Below are positions 11,916 to 24,800 of a DNA stretch of 35,000 nt, piece by piece. Made by a program: the position numbers and the translations under genes. Origin of the DNA: Takakia lepidozioides (taxonomy: Eukaryota; Plantae; Bryophyta). Under the pieces are notes generated by a model. It did not search any database and was not told the DNA's origin. It saw nothing but the letters and a program-made list of their open reading frames with translations. Every line of letters begins with the position of its first letter. Positions within the stretch are counted from its first letter, which is position 1. The stretch is taken from contig JAKLZA010000051.1 of the NCBI GenBank assembly GCA_030704615.1, forward strand, positions 1-35,000. Direction: 5' to 3'.

Positions 11916-14900
11916 TTACTCACAGGCAAAGTCGGAGTCCAGCTCCTTGTCAGAAGTCTCCTCTGTACCAGTATCAGCGGGACGGGGCTTCGGAAGGACC
12001 TGAGAAGTGTGTCCACCCAAACCCATCAGGAGGTTCTTGTAAATCTCAGCATCCCCTTCAATCCCAAAGACATGTCGCGCACTGGCCTTGCAAGCGTGGT
12101 ACGAAGCACCTGCAGTGGAATAGAATGAAGTAAGCAGACATTGAAGACACATTCGGAACGGTGGAAAGTGCTGAAAGTGCAAGCTCAATCAAACCTCATG
12201 AAATGTGAATGTTGAAGGGACGAACCTGTGCCCATCGACAAATCCAGAACTCTGGCGTCTGTGTAGGTGCAGCACTCCACAATCGTTTGAATGAAAGCCG
12301 GGCTCCTCTCCCTCGCCCCTCTCCAAGGAACCCCATTCCCCCTTCGCAAGCACACGTTGCTGTCGACGTAGTTGTGATGCATGTCATCCGTGGGAGGATC
12401 TGTCCTGTCATCTATGAACTTGCCCCCGTGAGTGATGGCAAACTCCGTAATGCCGGCCGGAGTCGTTGGTGGATGCACCCGGACGAGACAAACAGCTTCA
12501 AACAGACGAGTCTGCGAACATGACATCCAGAAGGAACTAAGAACCAAAATAAAATCGGGCCCCTACATATGAGTTTGAGCGACCTACACAACACAATCCC
12601 AGAACAAAAAAGAAGAGGAAGAAGAAGGGAAACTCACCATCTCTCCCGGACGATCCCCCTTCGTAAGGTACATGCTGTTCACACAATTCCATGTCTTCAG
12701 GACTCTCATGCCCGAGGCTTTCAAATAGCTGGCAAGGGCACGGCGACACCGAACATCGATGGACTGGATGAGAACCAAAACACCTGCATCGGAAAGGAAG
12801 AAGTTGCAAAAGGAAAAAACCCACCGCCAGTAGCGCTCATCAAATGCATTCCAACCCGGACAAGCACCCGATGGTGGGATATCCGGGACTGCCAACCCAT
12901 CAGGGATGTCCAAGATGATGAGTTCCGCTGCATATGGCTTCTCCTTCCCGTTCACCCACGATTTGGTCATTTTAGCCTGCAAACAAAAATACAATGGAAT
13001 TCTGACAAGTTTATAAACGATCCATGCCCACAGCAGACAAAGAGAGCAGAAGCCACAGAACCCAAAGAGAACACGCACCGTGCTGAGGAACTCGACAATC
13101 CTCTCCCACACTGGTGATGGCTCGCCCTTGTAATCAGATTTCTTCGACTCCATCATGGCAAGGAACCCGACGTTGGCAATCTCCAACCTGGTTGGACGAA
13201 TGACCCTCGTGGGATGTTCCACTGCATGGTACGGGTCCTTGGGATCAACCACACCCTTGTTTTTTCTCCCGGATCCCCTACCATGCGGTGGAGTCTGCTG
13301 GACATGCTCCACAGGGCCAATAGCTGCAACACTTCCCTGCCCTTGTGCCACCTTCCCTCTACCCCTTCCCGTCCCCACAACACCAGCAACATCTTTTCCC
13401 TTTGCCTTTCTTCCTCTACCCGGGGTATCCTGAGCGGGAGGCTCCTTCTCTGCAAGAGTCCTCAGATTACGCTCATGAATGTCGAGGTCCGCTGCTGCGG
13501 CAGTGGCTGCAATACGGTCATTCTCTCTCCTCAAAGACAACTCTACAGCTGGGGTCTCTGAAGGAGGGCAATCCAAATACCAACCACAAGAAGAAAGATG
13601 GTCCGGACCCCAGTCATGCAAGATCCCAGCAGTGAACATGGTCTGGTTGCCAGCAGGGACAAGCCAAAGGTCCACGAAATCTGGATGTTTGTCCAAGCAA
13701 TTCTCTTCCAGGAGAACAAACTTAATGTACCTGCACGAACAGACACAGCCTCATTATCCAATGCACATATTGTGTCCCAGCTTTTTCAACACACCAGGAA
13801 GACCCCCTTAAACAGTATGCCACACAACACATTGCAACCACAACACAAGCAAAGAGTGCAAGGGTGTGCACCTGTAAAGGCATCGTTTCCAGGCTTCCTC
13901 TCCTTTTTCCTGCTGGTCAAGCTCATTTGTTCGACTGATGCCACCCTCCTTGCTGAACTCTCTAAAGAAACCAGAGTGCCACACTGTGGCTCTCCATTTC
14001 CTCATGTATGCTTCGAAGGAGACCTTCGGAGCTGTCATAGTGATGCCATAGTCAGCCAGCTGAGTATGCAGAACCGATCGGGCCCTTTCTTCCAACTGCA
14101 AAAAAATTGAAATGGAAGAATGAACCCAAAAACAGTCACAGCGAATGTAAGAGGCAATGGGAAGAGAAGGACAGGAAAAGAGAAAAGAAAGTGAGATACG
14201 AGAGGACATCACACCTGGCTCCAGTAAGTGGCCTTGTGAAGCCAGTTGTCCAGCACATTGTCACTGACAGGAACGACACGCTGGGTCTTCTTCTCCTTCT
14301 CTGGCCTTGGGAACATGTGGGTATCCCTAACTGTGGGATCGGAGTTCCATATCTGCAGCCACTTCACCTTCTGTTCAGAAGACACGACGGCGGTAGACAA
14401 CCTGTGCAACTTCTCCTGGGCCATCTCCGGCTTGCCTGGCTTGTTATAATGGTTTTTTATCTCCAGCAGAAACTGCGGCCCGAATGATGGGTCGGCCATT
14501 CTCAACTGCTTCACAAAAGCACTCATTATTGTCCTTCTTGTAGCGTTCATCTCCTTCTGGATGTGACTTTCAACTCCCTTTGCTGTCCTTCTCTCCTCAG
14601 GGGTAGAGCTGTAGTATTCCAGTTTGCCACGCTCCCCTGCATCTGCAATGTCTTGCTGCAAGGGAATGCAAGAGAGTTGCATCAATCCAAGGTCAAGGGA
14701 GACAGAGAGAAACAAACATGTGGAAGCAGGAATATGGAAAGGCCAGATGAAGGAAGATGTATCTCACCGTGTACATGTACTCCATGAAAGCCTCACGGGT
14801 CAACGAGTACCATGTTTCCGAAGTCTTGGAGCTTTCGCATTTCTTATACATCTCTGCCGAAAGGATGGTCTTGAAGTTGGTCAAGGGCATCTGCCCGATC

Positions 14901-15651
14901 CTTTGTATCCTATACAGTGTGTGAACCAGACTCGTTTTGACATGCGATGTCTCCGTCCCTCTGCAGAATGATATCTGAATTTCAGAATGTAATTCAAGGA
15001 CTTCAATCAAGGAAGAACGGAACCAGAAGTGCAACGTGTACAATGAGAAACCAACCTGTTCACATCATTCATTGCCGTCAGAAGACCCATCATGTTGTCG
15101 TCACAATCAAGCACCATCGATCGAACAGAGTAATGCCACTCTTCCTCCTGTGAGTGCAGCCTCCCAATGACAGCCATCCATGCAAGCAACCGGTGGTTGC
15201 CATCCCAAACGTGAAACATCTTCCCCGAGAATACCTGGGTGGAAGGTTTTCTGGAGAGAAGAAGTTCGAAGGATTCGTTCACCTGTCTCCAAATGGGGTC
15301 CCAGGAGTCGACGATTGACTCATCAACAAGGAGCTCGTTACCTCTTGAATCCCTAGTAGAAACGTAAAAGACCGCGGATCCATCCAAATACCCATGAACA
15401 AACTCGGCCTCCAGCTTGAGAATGTCTTTGACAAGGGGTGGACGAACGACGGGCATGGAAACCAACCTACACAGGGGAATCTTCAACCTCCCACCAGGAG
15501 CAAGCATACTTTGAACCACAAGCTGAGAGTTCACCTTTTGACCCCCCAGCATCTCAGCGGCTTTGCTTTCATAAAACTCATCGTCAACATCATCTTTGGT
15601 CTCCTTCCCCTGACCCTGAGGGACCTCATCCGCCACACTTTGCATTTTCCC
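11916..15651 (-). CDS. Element B ParB-like domain + beta-class amino-DNA-methyltransferase-fold fusion protein, about 8 exons, apparently largely intact
   Basis: ParB-like: LKIPLCRLVSMPVVRPPL...MFHVWDGNHRLLAW. MTase: AELIILDIPDG (motif IV position, ~12900), FLSDAGVLVL, RERSPAFIQTIVECCT, VLDLSMGTG|ASYHACKASARHVFGIE (motif I, split by an intron at ~12225-12111). Approximate exons: 15651-15056, 14961-14768, 14655-14215, 14096-13875, 13730-13078, 12977-12638, ~12530-12226, 12110-11916. Confidence 0.82.
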
Positions 15652-15884
15652 CTGCAAGGTTGTTCACTCAAATTCTTATAAGAGAGGAATGAAACGTCGA
15701 CCGATGCATGAAAAAGTGGGATAAAAAGGGAAGTGTTCTTTGAGCTGCCAGATAAGTGTTCATTGATCCTCACGGACATGCACTATGTTCCCGATTTACA
15801 CAGGGAAAGAACATTGAAAAGTTCTGCTCAAATATCTGCCCATGAGGGCCGAAAGTTGCGCCCTTCCATATTCATATGTTCTGC

Positions 15885-18800
15885 CTACACAGTGTGCGGT
15901 TCCGCAGACTGTTTGAGCTGACAGTGAAGGGTTCATTTTATACTCAAAAATGTGCCCATGAAGTCCAAATTTTGCACCCAGAAACATTGAAATGCTCAGC
16001 TCAAACAGTGTGCGTTGCCGCACACTGTCTGGGCTGGCAGTGAAGGGTTCATTTCACCCTCACACGGGTGCCCATGAAGTCCAAATTTTGCACCCAGAAA
16101 CATTGAAATGCTCAGCTCAAACAGTGTGCGTTGCCGCACACTGTCTGAGCTGGCAGTGAAGGGTTCATTTCACACTCACACAGGTGCCCCTGAAGTCCAA
16201 ATTTTGCACCCAGAAACATTGAAATGCTCAGCTCAAACAGTGTGCGTTGCCGCACACTGTCTGGGCTGGCAGTGAAGGGTTCATTTCACACTCACACAGG
16301 TGCCCCTGAAGTCCAAATATTTCACCCAGAAACATTGAAATGCTCAGCTCAAACAGTGTGCGTTGCCGCACACTGTCTGAGCTGGCAGTGAAGGGTTCAT
16401 TTCACACTCACACAGGTGCCCCTGAAGTCCAAATATTTCACCCAGAAACATTGAAATGCTCAGCTCAAACAGTGTGCGTTGCCGCACACTGTCTGAGCTG
16501 GCAGTGAAGGGTTCTTTTCACACTCACACAGGTGCCCCTGAAGTCCAAATATTTCACCCAGAAACATTGAAATGCTCAGCTCAAACAGTGTGCGTTGCCG
16601 CACACTGTCTGAGCTGGCAGTGAAGGGTTCTTTTCACACTCACACAGGTGCCCCTGAAGTCCAAATTTTGCACCCAGAAACATTGAAATGCTCAGCTCAA
16701 ACAGTGTGCGTTGCCGCACACTGTCTGAGCTGGCAGTGAAGGGTTCATTTCACACTCACACAGGTGCCCCTGAAGTCCAAATTTTGCACCCAGAAACATT
16801 GAAATGCTCAGCTCAAACAGTGTGCGTTGCCGCACACTGTCTGAGCTGGCAGTGAAGGGTTCTTTTCACACTCACACAGGTGCCCCTGAAGTCCAAATAT
16901 TTCACCCAGAAACATTGAAATGCTCAGCTCAAACAGTGTGCGTTGCCGCACACTGTCTGAGCTGGCAGTGAAGGGTTCATTTCACACTCACACAGGTGCC
17001 CCTGAAGTCCAAATTTTGCACCCAGAAACATTGAAATGCTCAGCTCAAACAGTGTGCGTTGCCGCACACTGTCTGAGCTGGCAGTGAAGGGTTCATTTCA
17101 CACTCACACAGGTGCCCCTGAAGTCCAAATTTTCACCCAGAAACATTGAAATGCTCAGCTCAAACAGTGTGCGTTGCCGCACACTGTCTGAGCTGGCAGT
17201 GAAGGGTTCATTTCACACTCACACAGGTGCCCCTGAAGTCCAAATATTTCACCCAGAAACATTGAAATGCTCAGCTCAAACAGTGTGCGTTGCCGCACAC
17301 TGTCTGAGCTGGCAGTGAAGGGTTCTTTTCACACTCACACAGGTGCCCCTGAAGTCCAAATATTTCACCCAGAAACATTGAAATGCTCAGCTCAAACAGT
17401 GTGCGTTGCCGCACACTGTCTGAGCTGGCAGTGAAGGGTTCATTTCACACTCACACAGGTGCCCCTGAAGTCCAAATTTTGCACCAGAAACATTGAAATG
17501 CTCAGCTCAAACAGTGTGCGTTGCCGCACACTGTCTGAGCTGGCAGTGAAGGGTTCATTTCACACTCACACAGGTGCCCCTGAAGTCCAAATTTTGCACC
17601 CAGAAACATTGAAATGCTCAGCTCAAACAGTGTGCGTTGCCGCACACTGTCTGGGCTGGCAGTGAAGGGTTCTTTTCACACTCACACAGGTGCCCCTGAA
17701 GTCCAAATATTTCACCCAGAAACATTGAAATGCTCAGCTCAAACAGTGTGCGTTGCCGCACACTGTCTGAGCTGGCAGTGAAGGGTTCATTTCACACTCA
17801 CACAGGTGCCCCTGAAGTCCAAATTTTCACCCAGAAACATTGAAATGCTCAGCTCAAACAGTGTGCGTTGCCGCACACTGTCTGAGCTGGCAGTGAAGGG
17901 TTCTTTTCACACTCACACAGGTGCCCCTGAAGTCCAAATTTTGCACCAGAAACATTGAAATGCTCAGCTCAAACAGTGTGCGTTGCCGCACACTGTCTGA
18001 GCTGGCAGTGAAGGGTTCATTTCACACTCACACAGCCTGAAGTCCAAATTTTGCACCCAGAAACATTGAAATGCTCAGCTCAAACAGTGTGCGTTGCCGC
18101 ACACTGTCTGAGCTGGCAGTGAAGGGTTCATTTCACATCACACAACAGAAGTCCAAATTTTGCACCCAGAAACATTGAAATGCTCAGCTCAAACAGTGTG
18201 CGTTGCCGCACACTGTCTGAGCTGGCAGTGAAGGGTTCATTTCACACTCACACAGGTGCCCCTGAAGTCCAAATTTTGCACCCAGAAACATTGAAATGCT
18301 CAGCTCAAACAGTGTGCGTTGCCGCACACTGTCTGAGCTGGCAGTGAAGGGTTCATTTCACACTCACACAGGTGCCCCTGAAGTCCAAATATTTCACCCA
18401 GAAACATTGAAATGCTCAGCTCAAACAGTGTGCGTTGCCGCACACTGTCTGAGCTGGCAGTGAAGGGTTCATTTCACACTCACACAGGTGCCCCTGAAGT
18501 CCAAATATTTCACCAGAAACATTGAAATGCTCAGCTCAAACAGTGTGCGTTGCCGCACACTGTCTGAGCTGGCAGTGAAGGGTTCTTTTCACACTCACAC
18601 AGGTGCCCCTGAAGTCCAAATATTTCACCCAGAAACATTGAAATGCTCAGCTCAAACAGTGTGCGTTGCCGCACACTGTCTGAGCTGGCAGTGAAGGGTT
18701 CTTTTCACACTCACACAGGTGCCCCTGAAGTCCAAATTTTGCATCCAGAAACATTGAAATGCTCAGCTCAAACAGTGTGCGTTGCCGCACACTGTCTGAG

Positions 18801-21800
18801 CTGGCAGTGAAGGGTTCATTTCACACTCACACAGGTGCCCCTGAAGTCCAAATTTTGCACCCAGAAACATTGAAATGCTCAGCTCAAACAGTGTGCGTTG
18901 CCGCACACTGTCTGAGCTGGCAGTGAAGGGTTCATTTCACACTCACACAGGTGCCCCTGAAGTCCAAATATTTCACCCAGAAACATTGAAATGCTCAGCT
19001 CAAACAGTGTGCGTTGCCGCACACTGTCTGAGCTGGCAGTGAAGGGTTCATTTCACACTCACACAGGTGCCCCTGAAGTCCAAATTTTGCACCCAGAAAC
19101 ATTGAAATGCTCAGCTCAAACAGTGTGCGTTGCCGCACACTGTCTGAGCTGGCAGTGAAGGGTTCTTTTCACACTCACACAGGTGCCCCTGAAGTCCAAA
19201 TTTTGCAGAAACATTGAAATGCTCAGCTCAAACAGTGTGCGTTGCCGCACACTGTCTGAGCTGGCAGTGAAGGGTTCATTTCACACTCACACCAGACATG
19301 AAGTCCAAATTTTGCACCCAAAACATTGAAATGCTCAGCTCAAACAGTGTGCGTTGCCGCACACTGTCTGAGCTGGCAGTGAAGGGTTCATTTCAACACT
19401 CACACAGTGCCCCAAAGTCCAAATTTGCACCCAGAAACATTGAAATGCTCAGCTCAAACAGTGTGCGTTGCCGCACACTGTCTGAGCTGGCAGTGAAGGG
19501 TTCATTTCACACTCACACAGGTGCCCCTGAAGTCCAAATTTTGCACCCAGAAACATTGAAATGCTCAGCTCAAACAGTGTGCGTTGCCGCACACTGTCTG
19601 GCTGGCAGTGAAGGGTTCTTTTCACACTCACACAGGTGCCCCTGAAGTCCAAATATTTCACCCAGAAACATTGAAATGCTCAGCTCAAACAGTGTGCGTT
19701 GCCGCACACTGTCTGAGCTGGCAGTGAAGGGTTCATTTCACACTCACACAGGTGCCCCTGAAGTCCAAATTTTGCACCCAGAAACATTGAAATGCTCAGC
19801 TCAAACAGTGTGCGTTGCCGCACACTGTCTGAGCTGGCAGTGAAGGGTTCATTTCACACTCACACAGGTGCCCCTGAAGTCCAATTTTGCACCCAGAAAC
19901 ATTGAAATGCTCAGCTCAAACAGTGTGCGTTGCCGCACACTGTCTGGGCTGGCAGTGAAGGGTTCTTTTCACACTCACACAGGTGCCCCTGAAGTCCAAA
20001 TATTTCACCCAGAAACATTGAAATGCTCAGCTCAAACAGTGTGCGTTGCCGCACACTGTCTGAGCTGGCAGTGAAGGGTTCATTTCACACTCACACAGGT
20101 GCCCCTGAAGTCCAAATTTTGCATCCAGAAACATTGAAATGCTCAGCTCAAACAGTGTGCGTTGCCGCACACTGTCTGAGCTGGCAGTGAAGGGTTCATT
20201 TCACACTCACACAGGTGCCCCTGAAGTCCAAATTTTGCACCCAGAAACATTGAAATGCTCAGCTCAAACAGTGTGCGTTGCCGCACACTGTCTGAGCTGG
20301 CAGTGAAGGGTTCTTTTCACACTCACACAGGTGCCCCTGAAGTCCAAATATTTCACCCAGAAACATTGAAATGCTCAGCTCAAACAGTGTGCGTTGCCGC
20401 ACACTGTCTGAGCTGGCAGTGAAGGGTTCATTTCACACTCACACAGGTGCCCCTGAAGTCCAAATATTTCACCCAGAAACATTGAAATGCTCAGCTCAAA
20501 CAGTGTGCGTTGCCGCACACTGTCTGAGCTGGCAGTGAAGGGTTCTTTTCACACTCACACAGGTGCCCCTGAAGTCCAAATATTTCACCCAGAAACATTG
20601 AAATGCTCAGCTCAAACAGTGTGCGTTGCCGCACACTGTCTGAGCTGGCAGTGAAGGGTTCATTTCACACTCACACAGGTGCCCCTGAAGTCCAAATTTT
20701 GCACCCAGAAACATTGAAATGCTCAGCTCAAACAGTGTGCGTTGCCGCACACTGTCTGAGCTGGCAGTGAAGGGTTCATTTCACACTCACACGGGTGCCC
20801 CTGAAGTCCAAATTTTGCACCCAGAAACATTGAAATGCTCAGCTCAAACAGTGTGCGTTGCCGCACACTGTCTGGAGCTGGCAGTGAAGGGTTCTTTTCA
20901 CACTCACACAGGTGCCCCTGAAGTCCAAATATTTCACCCAGAAACATTGAAATGCTCAGCTCAAACAGTGTGCGTTGCCGCACACTGTCTGAGCTGGCAG
21001 TGAAGGGTTCTTTTCACACTCACACAGGTGCCCCTGAAGTCCAAATATTTCACCCAGAAACATTGAAATGCTCAGCTCAAACAGTGTGCGTTGCCGCACA
21101 CTGTCTGAGCTGGCAGTGAAGGGTTCATTTCACACTCACACAGGTGCCCCTGAAGTCCAAATTTTGCACCCAGAAACATTGAAATGCTCAGCTCAAACAG
21201 TGTGCGTTGCCGCACACTGTTTGGACTGGCAGTGAAGGGTTCTTTTCACACTCACACAGGTGCCCCTGAAGTCCAAATATTTCACCCAGAAACATTGAAA
21301 TGCTCAGCTCAAACAGTGTGCGTTGCCGCACACTGTCTGAGCTGGCAGTGAAGGGTTCATTTCACACTCACACAGGTGCCCCTGAAGTCCAAATTTTGCA
21401 TCCCAGAAACATTGAAATGCTCAGCTCAAACAGTGTGCGTTGCCGCACACTGTCTGAGCTGGCAGTGAAGGGTTCTTTTCACACTCACACAGGTGCCCCT
21501 GAAGTCCAAATATTTCACCCAGAAACATTGAAATGCTCAGCTCAAACAGTGTGCGTTGCCGCACACTGTCTGAGCTGGCAGTGAAGGGTTCATTTCACAC
21601 TCACACAGGTGCCCCTGAAGTCCAAATTTTGCACCCAGAAACATTGAAATGCTCAGCTCAAACAGTGTGCGTTGCCGCACACTGTCTGAGCTGGCAGTGA
21701 AGGGTTCATTTCACACTCACACAGGTGCCCCTGAAGTCCAAATTTTGCACCCAGAAACATTGAAATGCTCAGCTCAAACAGTGTGCGTTGCCGCACACTG

Positions 21801-24800
21801 TCTGAGCTGGCAGTGAAGGGTTCATTTCACACTCACACAGGTGCCCCTGAAGTCCAAATTTCACCCAGAAACATTGAAATGCTCAGCTCAAACAGTGTGC
21901 GTTGCCGCACACTGTCTGAGCTGGCAGTGAAGGGTTCATTTCACACTCACACAGGTGCCCCTGAAGTCCAAATATTTCACCCAGAAACATTGAAATGCTC
22001 AGCTCAAACAGTGTGCGTTGCCGCACACTGTCTGAGCTGGCAGTGAAGGGTTCTTTCACACTCACACAGGTGCCCCTGAAGTCCAAATTTCACCCAGAAA
22101 CATTGAAATGCTCAGCTCAAACAGTGTGCGTTGCCGCACACTGTCTGAGCTGGCAGTGAAGGGTTCTTTTCACACTCACACAGGTGCCCCTGAAGTCCAA
22201 ATTTTGCACCCAGAAACATTGAAATGCTCAGCTCAAACAGTGTGCGTTGCCGCACACTGTCTGAGCTGGCAGTGAAGGGTTCATTTCACACTCACACAGG
22301 TGCCCCTGAAGTCCAAATTTTGCACCCAGAAACATTGAAATGCTCAGCTCAAACAGTGTGCGTTGCCGCACACTGTCTGGGCTGGCAGTGAAGGGTTCTT
22401 TTCACACTCACACAGGTGCCCCTGAAGTCCAAATATTTCACCCAGAAACATTGAAATGCTCAGCTCAAACAGTGTGCGTTGCCGCACACTGTCTGAGCTG
22501 GCAGTGAAGGGTTCATTTCACACTCACACAGGTGCCCCTGAAGTCCAAATTTTGCACCAGAAACATTGAAATGCTCAGCTCAAACAGTGTGCGTTGCCGC
22601 ACACTGTCTGAGCTGGCAGTGAAGGGTTCATTTCACACTCACACAGGTGCCCCTGAAGTCCAAATTTTGCAGAAACATTGAAATGCTCAGCTCAAACAGT
22701 GTGCGTTGCCGCACACTGTCTGAGCTGGCAGTGAAGGGTTCATTTCACACTCACACAGGTGCCCCTGAAGTCCAAATTTTGCACCCAGAAACATTGAAAT
22801 GCTCAGCTCAAACAGTGTGCGTTGCCGCACACTGTCTGAGCTGGCAGTGAAGGGTTCATTTCACACTCACACAGGTGCCCCTGAAGTCCAAATTTTGCAC
22901 CCAGAAACATTGAAATGCTCAGCTCAAACAGTGTGCGTTGCCGCACACTGTCTGAGCTGGCAGTGAAGGGTTCATTTCACACTCACACAGGTGCCCCTGA
23001 AGTCCAAATTTTGCACCCAGAAACATTGAAATGCTCAGCTCAAACAGTGTGCGTTGCCGCACACTGTCTGAGCTGGCAGTGAAGGGTTCTTTTCACACTC
23101 ACACAGGTGCCCCTGAAGTCCAAATATTTCACCCAGAAACATTGAAATGCTCAGCTCAAACAGTGTGCGTTGCCGCACACTGTCTGAGCTGGCAGTGAAG
23201 GGTTCATTTCACACTCACACAGGTGCCCCTGAAGTCCAAATTTTGCACCCAGAAACATTGAAATGCTCAGCTCAAACAGTGTGCGTTGCCGCACACTGTC
23301 TGAGCTGGCAGTGAAGGGTTCATTTCACACTCACACAGGTGCCCCTGAAGTCCAAATTTTTGCACCCAGAAACATTGAAATGCTCAGCTCAAACAGTGTG
23401 CGTTGCCGCACACTGTCTGAGCTGGCAGTGAAGGGTTCTTTTCACACTCACACAGGTGCCCCTGAAGTCCAAATATTTCACCCAGAAACATTGAAATGCT
23501 CAGCTCAAACAGTGTGCGTTGCCGCACACTGTCTGAGCTGGCAGTGAAGGGTTCTTTTCACACTCACACAGGTGCCCCTGAAGTCCAAATTTTGCACCCA
23601 GAAACATTGAAATGCTCAGCTCAAACAGTGTGCGTTGCCGCACACTGTCTGAGCTGGCAGTGAAGGGTTCATTTCACACTCACACAGGTGCCCCTGAAGT
23701 CCAAATTTTTGCACCCAGAAACATTGAAATGCTCAGCTCAAACAGTGTGCGTTGCCGCACACTGTCTGGCTGGCAGTGAAGGGTTCTTTTCACACTCACA
23801 CAGGTGCCCCTGAAGTCCAAATATTTCACCCAGAAACATTGAAATGCTCAGCTCAAACAGTGTGCGTTGCCGCACACTGTCTGAGCTGGCAGTGAAGGGT
23901 TCATTTCACACTCACACAGGTGCCCCTGAAGTCCAAATATTTCACCCAGAAACATTGAAATGCTCAGCTCAAACAGTGTGCGTTGCCGCACACTGTCTGA
24001 GCTGGCAGTGAAGGGTTCTTTTCACACTCACACAGGTGCCCCTGAAGTCCAAATTTTCACCCAGAAACATTGAAATGCTCAGCTCAAACAGTGTGCGTTG
24101 CCGCACACTGTCTGAGCTGGCAGTGAAGGGTTCATTTCACACTCACACAGGTGCCCCTGAAGTCCAAATTTTGCACCCAGAAACATTGAAATGCTCAGCT
24201 CAAACAGTGTGCGTTGCCGCACACTGTCTGAGCTGGCAGTGAAGGGTTCATTTCACACTCACACAGGTGCCCCTGAAGTCCAAATTTTGCACCCAGAAAC
24301 ATTGAAATGCTCAGCTCAAACAGTGTGCGTTGCCGCACACTGTCTGAGCTGGCAGTGAAGGGTTCATTTCACACTCACACAGGTGCCCCTGAAGTCCAAA
24401 TTTTGCACCCAGAAACATTGAAATGCTCAGCTCAAACAGTGTGCGTTGCCGCACACTGTCTGAGCTGGCAGTGAAGGGTTCTTTCACACTCACACAGGTG
24501 CCCCTGAAGTCCAAATTTTCACCCAGAAACATTGAAATGCTCAGCTCAAACAGTGTGCGTTGCCGCACACTGTCTGAGCTGGCAGTGAAGGGTTCATTTC
24601 ACACTCACACAGGTGCCCCTGAAGTCCAAATATTTCACCCAGAAACATTGAAATGCTCAGCTCAAACAGTGTGCGTTGCCGCACACTGTCTGAGCTGGCA
24701 GTGAAGGGTTCTTTTCACACTCACACAGGTGCCCCTGAAGTCCAAATATTTCACCCAGAAACATTGAAATGCTCAGCTCAAACAGTGTGCGTTGCCGCAC

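Noticed and set aside
7821-15651. Bacterial contamination or prophage as the source of the ParB/MTase genes
   Set aside because: The genes have conserved GT-AG introns and lie inside TIR/TSD-bounded eukaryotic transposons next to a gypsy fragment.
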